Shown one piece after another: positions 45,829 to 54,429 of a DNA stretch of 64,000 bases. Position numbers and translations under genes: made by a program. The notes below the pieces were generated by a model. The model saw only the letters and a program-made list of their open reading frames with translations, made no database searches and had not been told where the DNA came from. Source of the DNA: an uncultured Acidimicrobiia bacterium (GTDB lineage: Bacteria; Acidobacteriota; Vicinamibacteria; Vicinamibacterales; SCN-69-37); contig CBINOO010000001.1 in the NCBI GenBank assembly GCA_966252305.1, positions 203,289-267,288 of the forward strand, read 5' to 3'. Positions within the stretch are counted from its first letter, which is position 1. The number at the start of each line of letters is the position of its first letter.

Positions 45829-45896
45829 ACGTCGGGAACTATCGGCGCCCCTTGAGTGGAACTGTAGTGTGATGTCAAGATACCGGCGCCAAAGAA

Positions 45897-47291
45897 ATGA
45901 CAACGGAAGACGCTGCCCCCCTGCACCTGCTGCTGGTTGAAGATGAAGCAGCCTTTCGCGAGGTCATTGCGGAACGCCTCGCGGAGCATGGGTACAAGGT
46001 GACCCAGGCGGCATCTGGTGAGGAAGCCATCGATCGGCTGAACGCCTTCGCCTTTGACATCCTGCTGACGGACCTGCGGCTTCCAGGAATGGACGGCCGA
46101 GGTGTCCTTGATGAAGCCTTCGCACGGTACCCCGACATCATTGCAGTGGTGATCACCGGATTTGGCAGCGTCCGGGAGGCTGTGGAGGTAACCCGGCTCG
46201 GCGCAGAGGGCTTCATCACGAAACCCTTCCAGTTCGAGGAACTCCTCCACGTCCTCCAGACCGCCGTGGAGCGACGCCGGCTGCGCGCCGAAAACGCCTA
46301 CCTGCGCGAGCAGTTGCGCGGCAGGCATCGCCTTGGCGGCATCATCGGCCAGTCACCGGCCGTCCTTCGGTTGATCGAACTGCTCGAGACGGTCGCCACG
46401 ACCGCAAGCACGGTGCTCATCACCGGAGAAACAGGTACAGGCAAGGAGCTCGCGGCTCGGGCCATTCATGACGCATCACCTCGGCGCATGCAGCGGTTTG
46501 TCGCGATCAACTGCAGCGCGATTCCGGAAACCCTGCTGGAGGCGGAACTGTTTGGTCATGTGCGTGGCGCGTTCACCGGCGCCGTCGCGAATCGGCAGGG
46601 CAGGGTGGAACAGGCGCATCGCGGCACACTCTTTCTCGACGAGGTCGGGACCATGAGCCCGGCGCTGCAGGTGAAACTGCTGCGCGTGCTGCAATCGCGA
46701 GAGTTCGAACGTGTGGGTGATTCGCAGACGGTGAAGGTCGACGTGCGTGTCATCGCCGCCACGAACTCTGACCTGAAGCAGATGGTGGCCGATGGCACCT
46801 TCCGGGAAGATCTGTACTACCGGCTGAACGTCATTCCCGTGCACGTGCCACCGTTGCGGGAGCGCCGCGGCGACATCCCGCTGCTGGCGCAACACTTCCT
46901 TGATCGTCTCAGTCAGGAGACGCCGGCGCGCGGTCGCGTGACGTTGACCCAGGAAGCGCAGCAGGCGCTGATGGCGTACGCGTGGCCCGGCAATGTCCGT
47001 CAACTCGAGAACATCATGGAACGGGCGTTCGCGCTCTCTCCCGGGCGATCACAACTGCTCATCGACGACCTGCCGGATGACATGCGGGTGATGCCGCAGG
47101 TCGTCAGCCCGGAGGCCGTGGAAATCGGCGATGATGGAGTGGACTTCGACGCGCTGGTCACCGGCTTTGAGCGCCACCTGCTCCAGCGCGCGCTGGAACG
47201 GTGCGACGGCAACAAGCGCAAGGCGGCCGACCTGCTGCGCATCAAGCGCACCACGCTCGTCGAGAAACTCAAACGTCTGGAGAGACACTGA
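45897..47291 (+). CDS. sigma-54-dependent response regulator (NtrC family: REC-AAA+-Fis HTH)
   Basis: Receiver LLLVEDEAAFREV...ILLTDLRLPGMDG. AAA+ motifs GETGTGKE, GAFTGA and TLFLDEV. C-terminal GNKRKAADLLRIKRTTLVEKLKR. Confidence 0.9.
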   Translation: MTTEDAAPLHLLLVEDEAAFREVIAERLAEHGYKVTQAASGEEAIDRLNAFAFDILLTDLRLPGMDGRGVLDEAFARYPDIIAVVITGFGSVREAVEVTRLGAEGFITKPFQFEELLHVLQTAVERRRLRAENAYLREQLRGRHRLGGIIGQSPAVLRLIELLETVATTASTVLITGETGTGKELAARAIHDASPRRMQRFVAINCSAIPETLLEAELFGHVRGAFTGAVANRQGRVEQAHRGTLFLDEVGTMSPALQVKLLRVLQSREFERVGDSQTVKVDVRVIAATNSDLKQMVADGTFREDLYYRLNVIPVHVPPLRERRGDIPLLAQHFLDRLSQETPARGRVTLTQEAQQALMAYAWPGNVRQLENIMERAFALSPGRSQLLIDDLPDDMRVMPQVVSPEAVEIGDDGVDFDALVTGFERHLLQRALERCDGNKRKAADLLRIKRTTLVEKLKRLERH

Positions 47292-47294
47292 CCG

Positions 47295-47657
47295 ATGGCC
47301 ACCCCAAGCGCCTGCTGGATCATCCTGGTGGGCACGGTTCCAACCGCGTTCCGTGCAAAAACACGCGACGAACTGCTGCCGACGTTTCGTCAGCTGCAAC
47401 GTCGGCAACCGGACGTCATGCTGCGCTGGTTTGAACACGGCAAGATCTGGGAATCGCCTGACGCCGCCAACGCCGCCATCCTGCTCGCGCGCACCGCGGC
47501 GCGGGAGAATCGCCGGCCGGCCGAACCTCGCGGCAGGGACTGGCGGCCGGGCGGCACTCACAAGGATCCACGCGCCAGGCCGGCCGTGCCGCGCGACGTG
47601 AAACGAGCGCGGTTCAAGAGCAATCTGATCCGCCGCAAGACCAGCGGCCGCGGTTAA
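47295..47657 (+). CDS. hypothetical small basic protein co-transcribed with the NtrC-type regulator
   Basis: ATG lies 3 nt after the regulator's TGA. 120 aa: a structured-looking N-half (WIILVGTVPTAFRAKTRDELLPTFRQLQRRQPDVMLRWFEHGKIWESPDAA) and an Arg/Lys-rich tail. No family recognised. Confidence 0.5.
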   Translation: MATPSACWIILVGTVPTAFRAKTRDELLPTFRQLQRRQPDVMLRWFEHGKIWESPDAANAAILLARTAARENRRPAEPRGRDWRPGGTHKDPRARPAVPRDVKRARFKSNLIRRKTSGRG

Positions 47658-48691
47658 ATCCGGAAAAAGTCCTGCAGAAGCTGTCGCAGCTCGGGGATCG
47701 ACTTCGCCGAGTTGATGGACACGCGCAACTGCGCTCCGCCATCAAGCCCTTTGGTGTACCACGCGCCCAGCGCGCGGAGTTTGTTGATGACCCAGCGCTC
47801 GCGGCCACGGGCCTCCGGCGGCGGACCTGCATCGTGTCCAGGTGCCGTATGCCGGAATCCAGCGGCTTCGTCGACGCGTTCATCCAGCAGCAGCTGCATG
47901 TAGTCGAGCAGGAACTGGCCTCGCGCCTCCAGTGAGACGTCCTCGGTGTGACGGCCTGCGGCGGCCTCGGCCGACTGCTTGAAGATCCAGGGATTGCGCA
48001 GGGCGCCGCGGCCCACAAGCACGCCGCCCACGCCCGTGGACCTGAGGCGGTCAACCACCTGGCCTGGCTCCACACAGTCGCCCGACCCCAGCACCGGAAT
48101 TGTCACTTCGCGCGAGACCCGATCGATCAACGACCAATCCGAGTCGCCGGAGTAGCTCTGCGCCGCCGTCCGCCCGTGCACGGCGATGGCCGCCGCCCCG
48201 GCATCCTGTGCCATCCGCGCGAGGGTGGGCGCGTTGATTTCGCGCTCGTTCCACCCGGCCCGCATCTTCACGGTCACGGGAATCTTCACCGCCTTCGCCA
48301 TTGCGCTGATGATGGACGCGGCGTGCGACGGTTCGCGCATCAGGCTGCAGCCGGCATTGTGTTTGGCGATCTTCGGCACCGGACAACCCATGTTGATGTC
48401 GACGATGTCGGCGCCCATGCCTTCAACGATCTGCGCGGCATCTGCCATCTTCGCTGGATCCCCGCCGAAAATCTGGATGGAGACCGGCCGTTCTTCTTCG
48501 GTGTATTCGGCGTATTCGAGCGTGCGGTCGATGCCGCGGACCAGCCCTTCGGAACTCACCATCTCGGTCACGACCAGGCCGCAACCGCCCTGGCGTTTCA
48601 CCAGACGCCGGAAGGCGGTGTCCGTCATGCCCGCCATGGGAGCCATGGCGACGGGGTGTTCAAGCGAGACGGATCCAATCTTCACGGCCAT
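47654..48691 (-). CDS. dusB: tRNA-dihydrouridine synthase
   Basis: LEHPVAMAPMAGMTDTAFRRL, DINMGCPVPKIAKHNAGCSLM, and a TIM-barrel plus helical C-terminal domain pattern. Confidence 0.85.
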   Translation of the reverse strand: MAVKIGSVSLEHPVAMAPMAGMTDTAFRRLVKRQGGCGLVVTEMVSSEGLVRGIDRTLEYAEYTEEERPVSIQIFGGDPAKMADAAQIVEGMGADIVDINMGCPVPKIAKHNAGCSLMREPSHAASIISAMAKAVKIPVTVKMRAGWNEREINAPTLARMAQDAGAAAIAVHGRTAAQSYSGDSDWSLIDRVSREVTIPVLGSGDCVEPGQVVDRLRSTGVGGVLVGRGALRNPWIFKQSAEAAAGRHTEDVSLEARGQFLLDYMQLLLDERVDEAAGFRHTAPGHDAGPPPEARGRERWVINKLRALGAWYTKGLDGGAQLRVSINSAKSIPELRQLLQDFFRI

Positions 48692-48700
48692 GAGGTCACA

Positions 48701-49204
48701 TCAATACGGGCGGACGTCGGCCGCGTCCACTTCCACGGCCACACCCTGTCCAATCAAATCCACCGAAAGCACCAGTCGCGCGTGAGTGCCTTTGCGTACC
48801 AGCCGGCCGTTCACACCTTTGAGGGGTCCATGAACGACCTCCACCCGGTCGCCTTCATTGATGAGCGGACACGGGTCGTACTGCAGATCGGACTCCACGA
48901 GTTGCCGAATCCCGAGGAGCTCTTCCTCGGGAATGGGCGCCGGGGCCCCATCAAACGACACGATGCTGACGGCGCCCGTGCACTTGAGAACCGGCACGCG
49001 TTGTTCCGGCGTGAACTTCGCGAAGCAATATCCAGGGAACAGGGGCCAGACGACCTGCTTCTTGCGGTCCTTCCATCGACTCCACTTGGTGATCGTCGGG
49101 AGGAACACGTCAATGCCTTTTTGTTCGAGCTGCTGCCGGACGACCTGTTCGTGGCGCGAACGGGTCCAGATGGCGTACCACGCCGCTGAATCAGGACCGT
49201 GCAC
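48701..49204 (-). CDS. NusG-family paralogue (UpxY/RfaH-like transcription antiterminator)
   Basis: NGN-like WYAIWTRSRHEQVVRQQLEQKGIDVFLPT and KOW-like GDRVEVVHGPLKGVNGRLV. 167 aa. Not the housekeeping NusG context. Confidence 0.7.
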   Translation of the reverse strand: MHGPDSAAWYAIWTRSRHEQVVRQQLEQKGIDVFLPTITKWSRWKDRKKQVVWPLFPGYCFAKFTPEQRVPVLKCTGAVSIVSFDGAPAPIPEEELLGIRQLVESDLQYDPCPLINEGDRVEVVHGPLKGVNGRLVRKGTHARLVLSVDLIGQGVAVEVDAADVRPY

Positions 49205-49213
49205 GACGCGCCT

Positions 49214-50308
49214 TCAGTTCTGGGCTTTCTTCTTCGACGCGCGATACTGCTCGTACATCTGCTTCAGCTCATCGTCTTTCCACTCGATGATGGCCTGTTC
49301 GCGCATGTTGTCAAGATACGCGGCCATCATCACCTCGCCGCGCTCCTGATAGATCTTGTTGGCAATCTCGTTGCGCACCTGGTCGAATGGGCGCGGTTCG
49401 GCATCCGTGCGCGATTCCACCTTCAGAAGCTGATAACCCTTCGGCGTGCGCATCGGCTGATCGATCTCGCCGGCCTTGAGGGCGGAGAGCCGCTGCTTGA
49501 GTGTGTCGGCCAGTTCGTTGAGGTTGATCGGACCAATCAATCCGCCGTTGGCCTTCGATCCTGATTCCGAGTATTCGTTCACGAGCGCGGCAAAATCCTC
49601 TCCCTTGAGCGCGCGCTCACGCGCCTGGGTGATCTTCGCAAGCGCCGCTTCATCAGCCGACACGGTTGAACCGGTGGCGCCGTCGCGCACTTCTGTCGGC
49701 ACTGACACGAAGATCTCGCGGAGCGTCACCATCGGCGCGGTCAGGAACTCATCGGGGTGCGCGCGATAGTACTGACGCGCCTCTTCCTCGGTCAGCGACA
49801 TGTTGCGCATGACCTCGTTTTGAACGATTGCGTTCCGCAGCTCCATGCGCTCAAGCTGCGCTCGCAGCGTCTCCATGGTCAGACCCTGGCTCTTCATGGC
49901 GGCCGCAAACTGCTCGTCGTTCAGTTGGTTCTCCTGCTTGATTGAGGCAACATGCGCTTTGAACCGCTCGTCGGACAGCGTGTAGCCGAGGTCGCGCGCG
50001 CGCTGGATGATGATGAGCTGATCAACCGCCGTGTCCAGGATTTGCGGCGTGACCTCAATCAACATCGAACGCAAGGATGCGTCGTTCTGCAGATCGAGCT
50101 GCGAGAGCTCCTTCTGATTCCGCGCCTGCAGGGCTTCGATCTGCAGCTCCTCCAGCTCGGTCTTGGTGAACACGGCACCGTTGACCTTCACCAGAACACG
50201 CTGCAAGACCACCGGTCGACTCGATCTCGGCGCCTGCTCCTGCTGCGCCGAAACCATGCCGGTCATCAGCACAACCGCTGCCACGCCACCCGAAATCCAC
50301 TGCCTCAT
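49214..50308 (-). CDS. SurA-like periplasmic chaperone / parvulin-type peptidyl-prolyl isomerase
   Basis: Signal peptide MRQWISGGVAAVVLMTGMVSAQQ. Parvulin domain GEDFAALVNEYSESGSKANGGLIGPINLNELADTLK...PKGYQLLKVE. Confidence 0.75.
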   Translation of the reverse strand: MRQWISGGVAAVVLMTGMVSAQQEQAPRSSRPVVLQRVLVKVNGAVFTKTELEELQIEALQARNQKELSQLDLQNDASLRSMLIEVTPQILDTAVDQLIIIQRARDLGYTLSDERFKAHVASIKQENQLNDEQFAAAMKSQGLTMETLRAQLERMELRNAIVQNEVMRNMSLTEEEARQYYRAHPDEFLTAPMVTLREIFVSVPTEVRDGATGSTVSADEAALAKITQARERALKGEDFAALVNEYSESGSKANGGLIGPINLNELADTLKQRLSALKAGEIDQPMRTPKGYQLLKVESRTDAEPRPFDQVRNEIANKIYQERGEVMMAAYLDNMREQAIIEWKDDELKQMYEQYRASKKKAQN

Positions 50309-50370
50309 AACTCTGATCCTACCCTTCCTTCGCTCGCCGCCCCTGTCGCGACCTGGTGCCTCTTGCGTGC

Positions 50371-50390
50371 CCGCTACCCGCCGCTACCCG
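50371..50390. repeat. perfect 10-bp tandem duplication (CCGCTACCCG x2) containing the mfd stop codon
   Basis: Read directly. The TAG (50374-50376, minus strand) lies in the downstream copy; the same triplet in the upstream copy is out of frame (..GGT AGC..). Confidence 0.85.
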
Positions 50391-53300
50391 CGATCCCCTC
50401 CAACACACGTCGCAGGCGCTCAAATAGGCCCCCGGGCTGGCGAGGGTCAAAGGGCGCCTCCGCCAGGATTTCCTGACGTGTGAAACCGCTGGTAACCTCC
50501 GAGCTGGTTGCTCGAGTCGCCCACCAGGACTCCCGGCCGGGCTGGTCCACGGGCTTGGCTGGCCGGAGGTAGCGCTGCGCCCGTGTCTCTTCAGACTTGG
50601 GACGCAGTCGTCCGGGCGGGGGTGTCGGCGGTTTTTCGTGCGGTGCCGGGGATGGCCGGTCGGCGGGCTGCGACAAATCCAGCCGGAGCGTCGCCGGAGG
50701 GAGCAATTGGAGATCTCCGCGCTCGCGGACCATGCGCATGAGTTGAACCGGATCCACTTTGGCGTCCTGCCTGAACTTCAAGATCACGACAGATCCATCT
50801 CGATCTGCCGTGTCGACCCCGATCCTATCCGCGAGAGTTCTAAGTTTGGTGTATTCACCAAGATTTAGCACTGATTCTGTCGGTTGACCGTATCTATCTG
50901 AAAGCTCAGCAATAAGCCGCTCAACTTCGTCTACGCTGCGACAGCTCGCCAGTCGACGATAGGCAGCCAGTCGCTGGTTCATATCGGTGATGTAGGTTTC
51001 GTCTATTCTGAAGTTCAGCTTCAAATTGACGGCTGCGCGCCTGTCGTCCTCAAGCTCTTCACCCTTAAGTTCCCGGATCGTCTCTTCGAGTAGTTTGTTG
51101 TACATGTCGAAGCCCACGGCTTCGATATGACCACTCTGCTGGCCTCCCAACAGGTTGCCGGCGCCCCGGATCTCGAGGTCAAGTGCGGCAATCCGGAATC
51201 CCGAGCCCAAGTCACTGAACTCGCGAATCGCGGCCAGGCGCTTGCGCGCGACCGGCGACAACGCCTGTTCCGGCGGAATCAGCAGGTAGGCGTAGGCCCG
51301 CCTGTCAGACCGACCGACGCGCCCGCGCAGCTGATAGAGCTGCGACAGCCCGTAGCGGTCGGCACGATTGATGATGATGGTGTTGGCGTTCGAGATGTCG
51401 AGGCCGTTTTCCACAATCGTGGTCGCCACGAGCACATCAAACTTGTGGGCGACGAAGTCGACCATGACCTTCTCAAGTTCACCTTCGCCCATCTGCCCGT
51501 GGCCGATCCCGATGCGCACCTCGGGCACGAGCCGCTGCACCAGGTTCGCAATGGAGAAGATGGACTCGACCCGGTTGTGCACGAAATACACCTGGCCGCC
51601 ACGTTCGGTCTCGGTCCGGATCGCGCGCGAGATGACGTCCTGGTCGAACTTCACGACCTGCGTCTGGATCGCGAGCCGGTCGCGCGGCGGCGTCTCAATC
51701 ACCGACATGTCGCGGATGCCGACCAGAGACATGTTCAGTGTTCTCGGGATCGGCGTCGCAGTCATCGTCAGCACGTCGACGCGCTTGCGCATCTGTTTGA
51801 TGCGCTCCTTGTGCGAGACACCGAAGCGTTGTTCCTCGTCGACGACAAGCAGGCCAAGGTCGCGGAACACGACGTCCTTGGACAACAGACGATGCGTGCC
51901 GACGATGATGTCGAGCTGGCCGTTGGCGAGCCGTTCGAGCGCATCCTGCTGCTCGGTCTTTGTGCGGAAGCGGCTCACCATGTCGATGCGGACGGGGAAG
52001 CCGGCAAACCGCTCCTTCAAGGTTCGTTCGTGTTGGAAAGCCAGAACGGTGGTGGGCGCCAGCACCGCCACCTGTTTGCCGTCCATCACGGCCTTGAACG
52101 CGGCCCGCATCGCTACTTCGGTTTTGCCAAAGCCGACATCACCACACAGCAGTCGATCCATGGGCGTTGTCGATTCCATGTCCTTCGCGATGTCGTTGAT
52201 GGCCGACTGCTGATCGGCTGTCAGGTCAAACGGAAACGCATCGTCGAATTCCTGCTGCCAGTGCGAATCGGCGGTGAAGGCATGGCCCACGACGGCCTTG
52301 CGCGCGGCGTAGAGCTTGAGCAACTCCTCGGCCATGTCGCGCATGGCCTTCTTCACGCGCGTCTTGGCTTTTTCCCAGGTGGTGCCGCCAAGTTTGTCGA
52401 GCGTTGGCGCCGCGCCGCCGGTGTATTTCTGGACGAGATCGAGGCGGTCGAGTGGAACGAAGAGTTTGTCGTCGCCGGCGTAGTGGAGTTCCATGAACTC
52501 CGTGGCGTCGCCGACACCTACAGCCATCTTCTTCAGGCCGACGAATCGACCGATGCCGTTGTCAACGTGAACCACCAGATCGCCAACCTTCAGGTCGCGA
52601 AAATCCGACATGAAGGTGCGCGCGGCGGACTTGCGGCGCTCGCCGCTCCGGCGCTCTTCCTCAAACAGGTCTGTCTCGGTAAAGACGAGCAGCGTGCCCG
52701 TCGGCAGGTGGAAACCTCGAGACAGATGACCGGTGGTCACCAGCACTGACGCGCGGGCGAGATCTTCGTTGTCGCCAATGGCGCGCGCACGAACGCCATA
52801 GTCGGCAAGCAACTCGATCGTGCGTTCGGCGCGACCGGCGGACGCGGCCACAAACACCGTTGTTTCTCCGCGGGCCTGCGCCTGCTTGAGCTCTTCGACC
52901 CAGTCGCCGAGCCGGCCCCTGTACTCGAGCACCGGCTGACAAGGCACGTGTACTTCGTCAGCATTGTCGAAGGTGAGTTGGCTGATGCGACGCGCGGTCG
53001 ACAGCCACTGGGACACCTCGTCCCAGGGGAGCGCGAAGTGCTCGTACGGCGGGGAGTGCGGATCACGATGTGAGGCATCCGCGGCGGCCGCGCGCCATTG
53101 CTGTTCCAGCGTCGTGCCGCGCTCGGTGGCGTCGTCAAGCTCGTAGACGAGGATCGTGGCTGCGGCCTGTCGCGCGTAGTCGAGGAATGTCGCTGTACGG
53201 TCGGTCTCGTCGCCGTGTGCCAGCAGGTCGCGCTGTGGACTGATGGTGAAGGTGTCGAGGGCGGTCAGCGATCGCTGCGTCGACGCATCGTATCGGCGCA

Positions 53301-53934
53301 GCGACTCCACGACGTCGCCGATGAACTCCAGACGGATCGGCTGATCTTCAGAGGCGGGATAGAAGTCGACGACGCCGCCGCGCACGCAGAACTCGGCGTG
53401 TTGATCGACCGGATCTTCCGGAACGAATCCGGCATCAACCAGGCGCTCCCGGAGATCCTGCGGATCGATCTCCGTGCCGGGTTTGATGACCAGGCTCGCT
53501 TCTGCGAATCGCGCGGGATCACTGAGTCGGGGGGCAAGCGAACGGGCAGAGGCCACAACCAGGCGGGCGGTGCCAGTGACCAGTCCAGTGAGTGCACGCG
53601 CACGCGCAGACGCGACCGCCAGGTGCGGAGCCAGGCCGCGATACGGATCCACTTCCTGCGACGGAAACGGCAGCACCGCCTGCGTGACCTGGGAATCCGA
53701 GAGGCCCAGCATCGCGCCGAGGAAAAACCGGGCATCGGCCGTCATTTGTTCGACGTCGGCGTCGGTGGGGACGACGAGCACCACGCGGGTGTCCTGCGCC
53801 AGGGCGGCCGCATGGAACGCGGTGGCGCCGGGTCCGAGCCCGGCAAGGCGCGGCAGGGCTCTCGTCAGACCCGCACGGGTGGCGGCGGACTTCAGAAGCG
53901 AGCGAAAGGCGAGTGATGCGGACGGGTGGAGCAC
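50374..53934 (-). CDS. mfd: transcription-repair coupling factor
   Basis: 1186 aa. GDVGFGKTEVAMRAAF (Walker A), LLVVDEEQRFGV (DEEQ) and LYQLRGRVGRSDRRAYAYL (motif VI/TRG region). Long Pro/Arg-rich C-terminal tail. Confidence 0.9.
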   Translation of the reverse strand: MLHPSASLAFRSLLKSAATRAGLTRALPRLAGLGPGATAFHAAALAQDTRVVLVVPTDADVEQMTADARFFLGAMLGLSDSQVTQAVLPFPSQEVDPYRGLAPHLAVASARARALTGLVTGTARLVVASARSLAPRLSDPARFAEASLVIKPGTEIDPQDLRERLVDAGFVPEDPVDQHAEFCVRGGVVDFYPASEDQPIRLEFIGDVVESLRRYDASTQRSLTALDTFTISPQRDLLAHGDETDRTATFLDYARQAAATILVYELDDATERGTTLEQQWRAAAADASHRDPHSPPYEHFALPWDEVSQWLSTARRISQLTFDNADEVHVPCQPVLEYRGRLGDWVEELKQAQARGETTVFVAASAGRAERTIELLADYGVRARAIGDNEDLARASVLVTTGHLSRGFHLPTGTLLVFTETDLFEEERRSGERRKSAARTFMSDFRDLKVGDLVVHVDNGIGRFVGLKKMAVGVGDATEFMELHYAGDDKLFVPLDRLDLVQKYTGGAAPTLDKLGGTTWEKAKTRVKKAMRDMAEELLKLYAARKAVVGHAFTADSHWQQEFDDAFPFDLTADQQSAINDIAKDMESTTPMDRLLCGDVGFGKTEVAMRAAFKAVMDGKQVAVLAPTTVLAFQHERTLKERFAGFPVRIDMVSRFRTKTEQQDALERLANGQLDIIVGTHRLLSKDVVFRDLGLLVVDEEQRFGVSHKERIKQMRKRVDVLTMTATPIPRTLNMSLVGIRDMSVIETPPRDRLAIQTQVVKFDQDVISRAIRTETERGGQVYFVHNRVESIFSIANLVQRLVPEVRIGIGHGQMGEGELEKVMVDFVAHKFDVLVATTIVENGLDISNANTIIINRADRYGLSQLYQLRGRVGRSDRRAYAYLLIPPEQALSPVARKRLAAIREFSDLGSGFRIAALDLEIRGAGNLLGGQQSGHIEAVGFDMYNKLLEETIRELKGEELEDDRRAAVNLKLNFRIDETYITDMNQRLAAYRRLASCRSVDEVERLIAELSDRYGQPTESVLNLGEYTKLRTLADRIGVDTADRDGSVVILKFRQDAKVDPVQLMRMVRERGDLQLLPPATLRLDLSQPADRPSPAPHEKPPTPPPGRLRPKSEETRAQRYLRPAKPVDQPGRESWWATRATSSEVTSGFTRQEILAEAPFDPRQPGGLFERLRRVLEGIAGSGG

Positions 53935-53952
53935 GGGCAGCAGTCGATCGTA

Positions 53953-54429
53953 TCAGGCGCCCAATCCACCCGACACTTTCTCTATCAGTGAGGTTGTGGA
54001 CCAGCCCTCTTCGACCTGCATACGGACGACTCGGCCGCCGCGCGCCTCGACGGTGTCGCGGCCGACAATGCGGTCGACGGCCCAATCCGCGCCTTTGACG
54101 AGGACGTCCGGCTGCACCGCAGCGATGATTTCCGCCGGTGTCTCCTCGTCGAACACCACCACGGCATCGACGCAGGCCAGCGCGTCGAGTACTTCGGCTC
54201 GCTCGTGCTCGGGATTCACCGGCCGAGTGGGGCCCTTGATGGCGCGAACCGAGCGATCGGAATTGACGGCGATGATCAGGAGATCGCCTTCACGGCGTGC
54301 CGCCTGAAGGTATCGCACATGGCCGGGATGGAGGATGTCGAAGACGCCGTTGGTGAAGACGATTTTCCGGCCGGCGTCCTGGTGTTGCCGCGACCATCGC
54401 GCGGCGTCAGCGCGGTCGGCGAGAATCAC
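53953..54429 (-). CDS. hldC: D-glycero-beta-D-manno-heptose-1-phosphate adenylyltransferase-type cytidylyltransferase (RfaE domain II-like)
   Basis: GTG start. [20 protein letters not shown] (GxFDxxHxGH nucleotidyltransferase motif), IIAVNSD, and 158 aa in total. Confidence 0.75.
   Translation of the reverse strand: MILADRADAARWSRQHQDAGRKIVFTNGVFDILHPGHVRYLQAARREGDLLIIAVNSDRSVRAIKGPTRPVNPEHERAEVLDALACVDAVVVFDEETPAEIIAAVQPDVLVKGADWAVDRIVGRDTVEARGGRVVRMQVEEGWSTTSLIEKVSGGLGA

Noticed and set aside
45144-45896. Sigma-54 promoters (TGGCAC-N5-TTGC) near the NtrC-type regulator and the sigma gene
   Set aside because: TGGCGTTGTGCAGCA (about 45282) and TGGTCCAGCACACGGTTGCA (minus strand, about 45300-45320) have the wrong GG-to-GC spacing. 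No site with the required 10-nt spacing was seen.
45829-45903. Longer form of the HTH ORF starting at 45903
   Set aside because: The extra 25 residues (MSFLWRRYLDITLQFHSRGADSSRR) overlap the NtrC-type gene start and precede the recognisable HTH domain. The internal ATG at 45826-45828 is preferred, although no clear Shine-Dalgarno sequence was seen for either.
51127-52749. 540-aa plus-strand ORF (also 47948..49189 and 53098..53916 on the plus strand)
   Set aside because: These are antisense shadows of mfd, dusB and the nusG-like gene, all of which carry unmistakable motifs on the minus strand.
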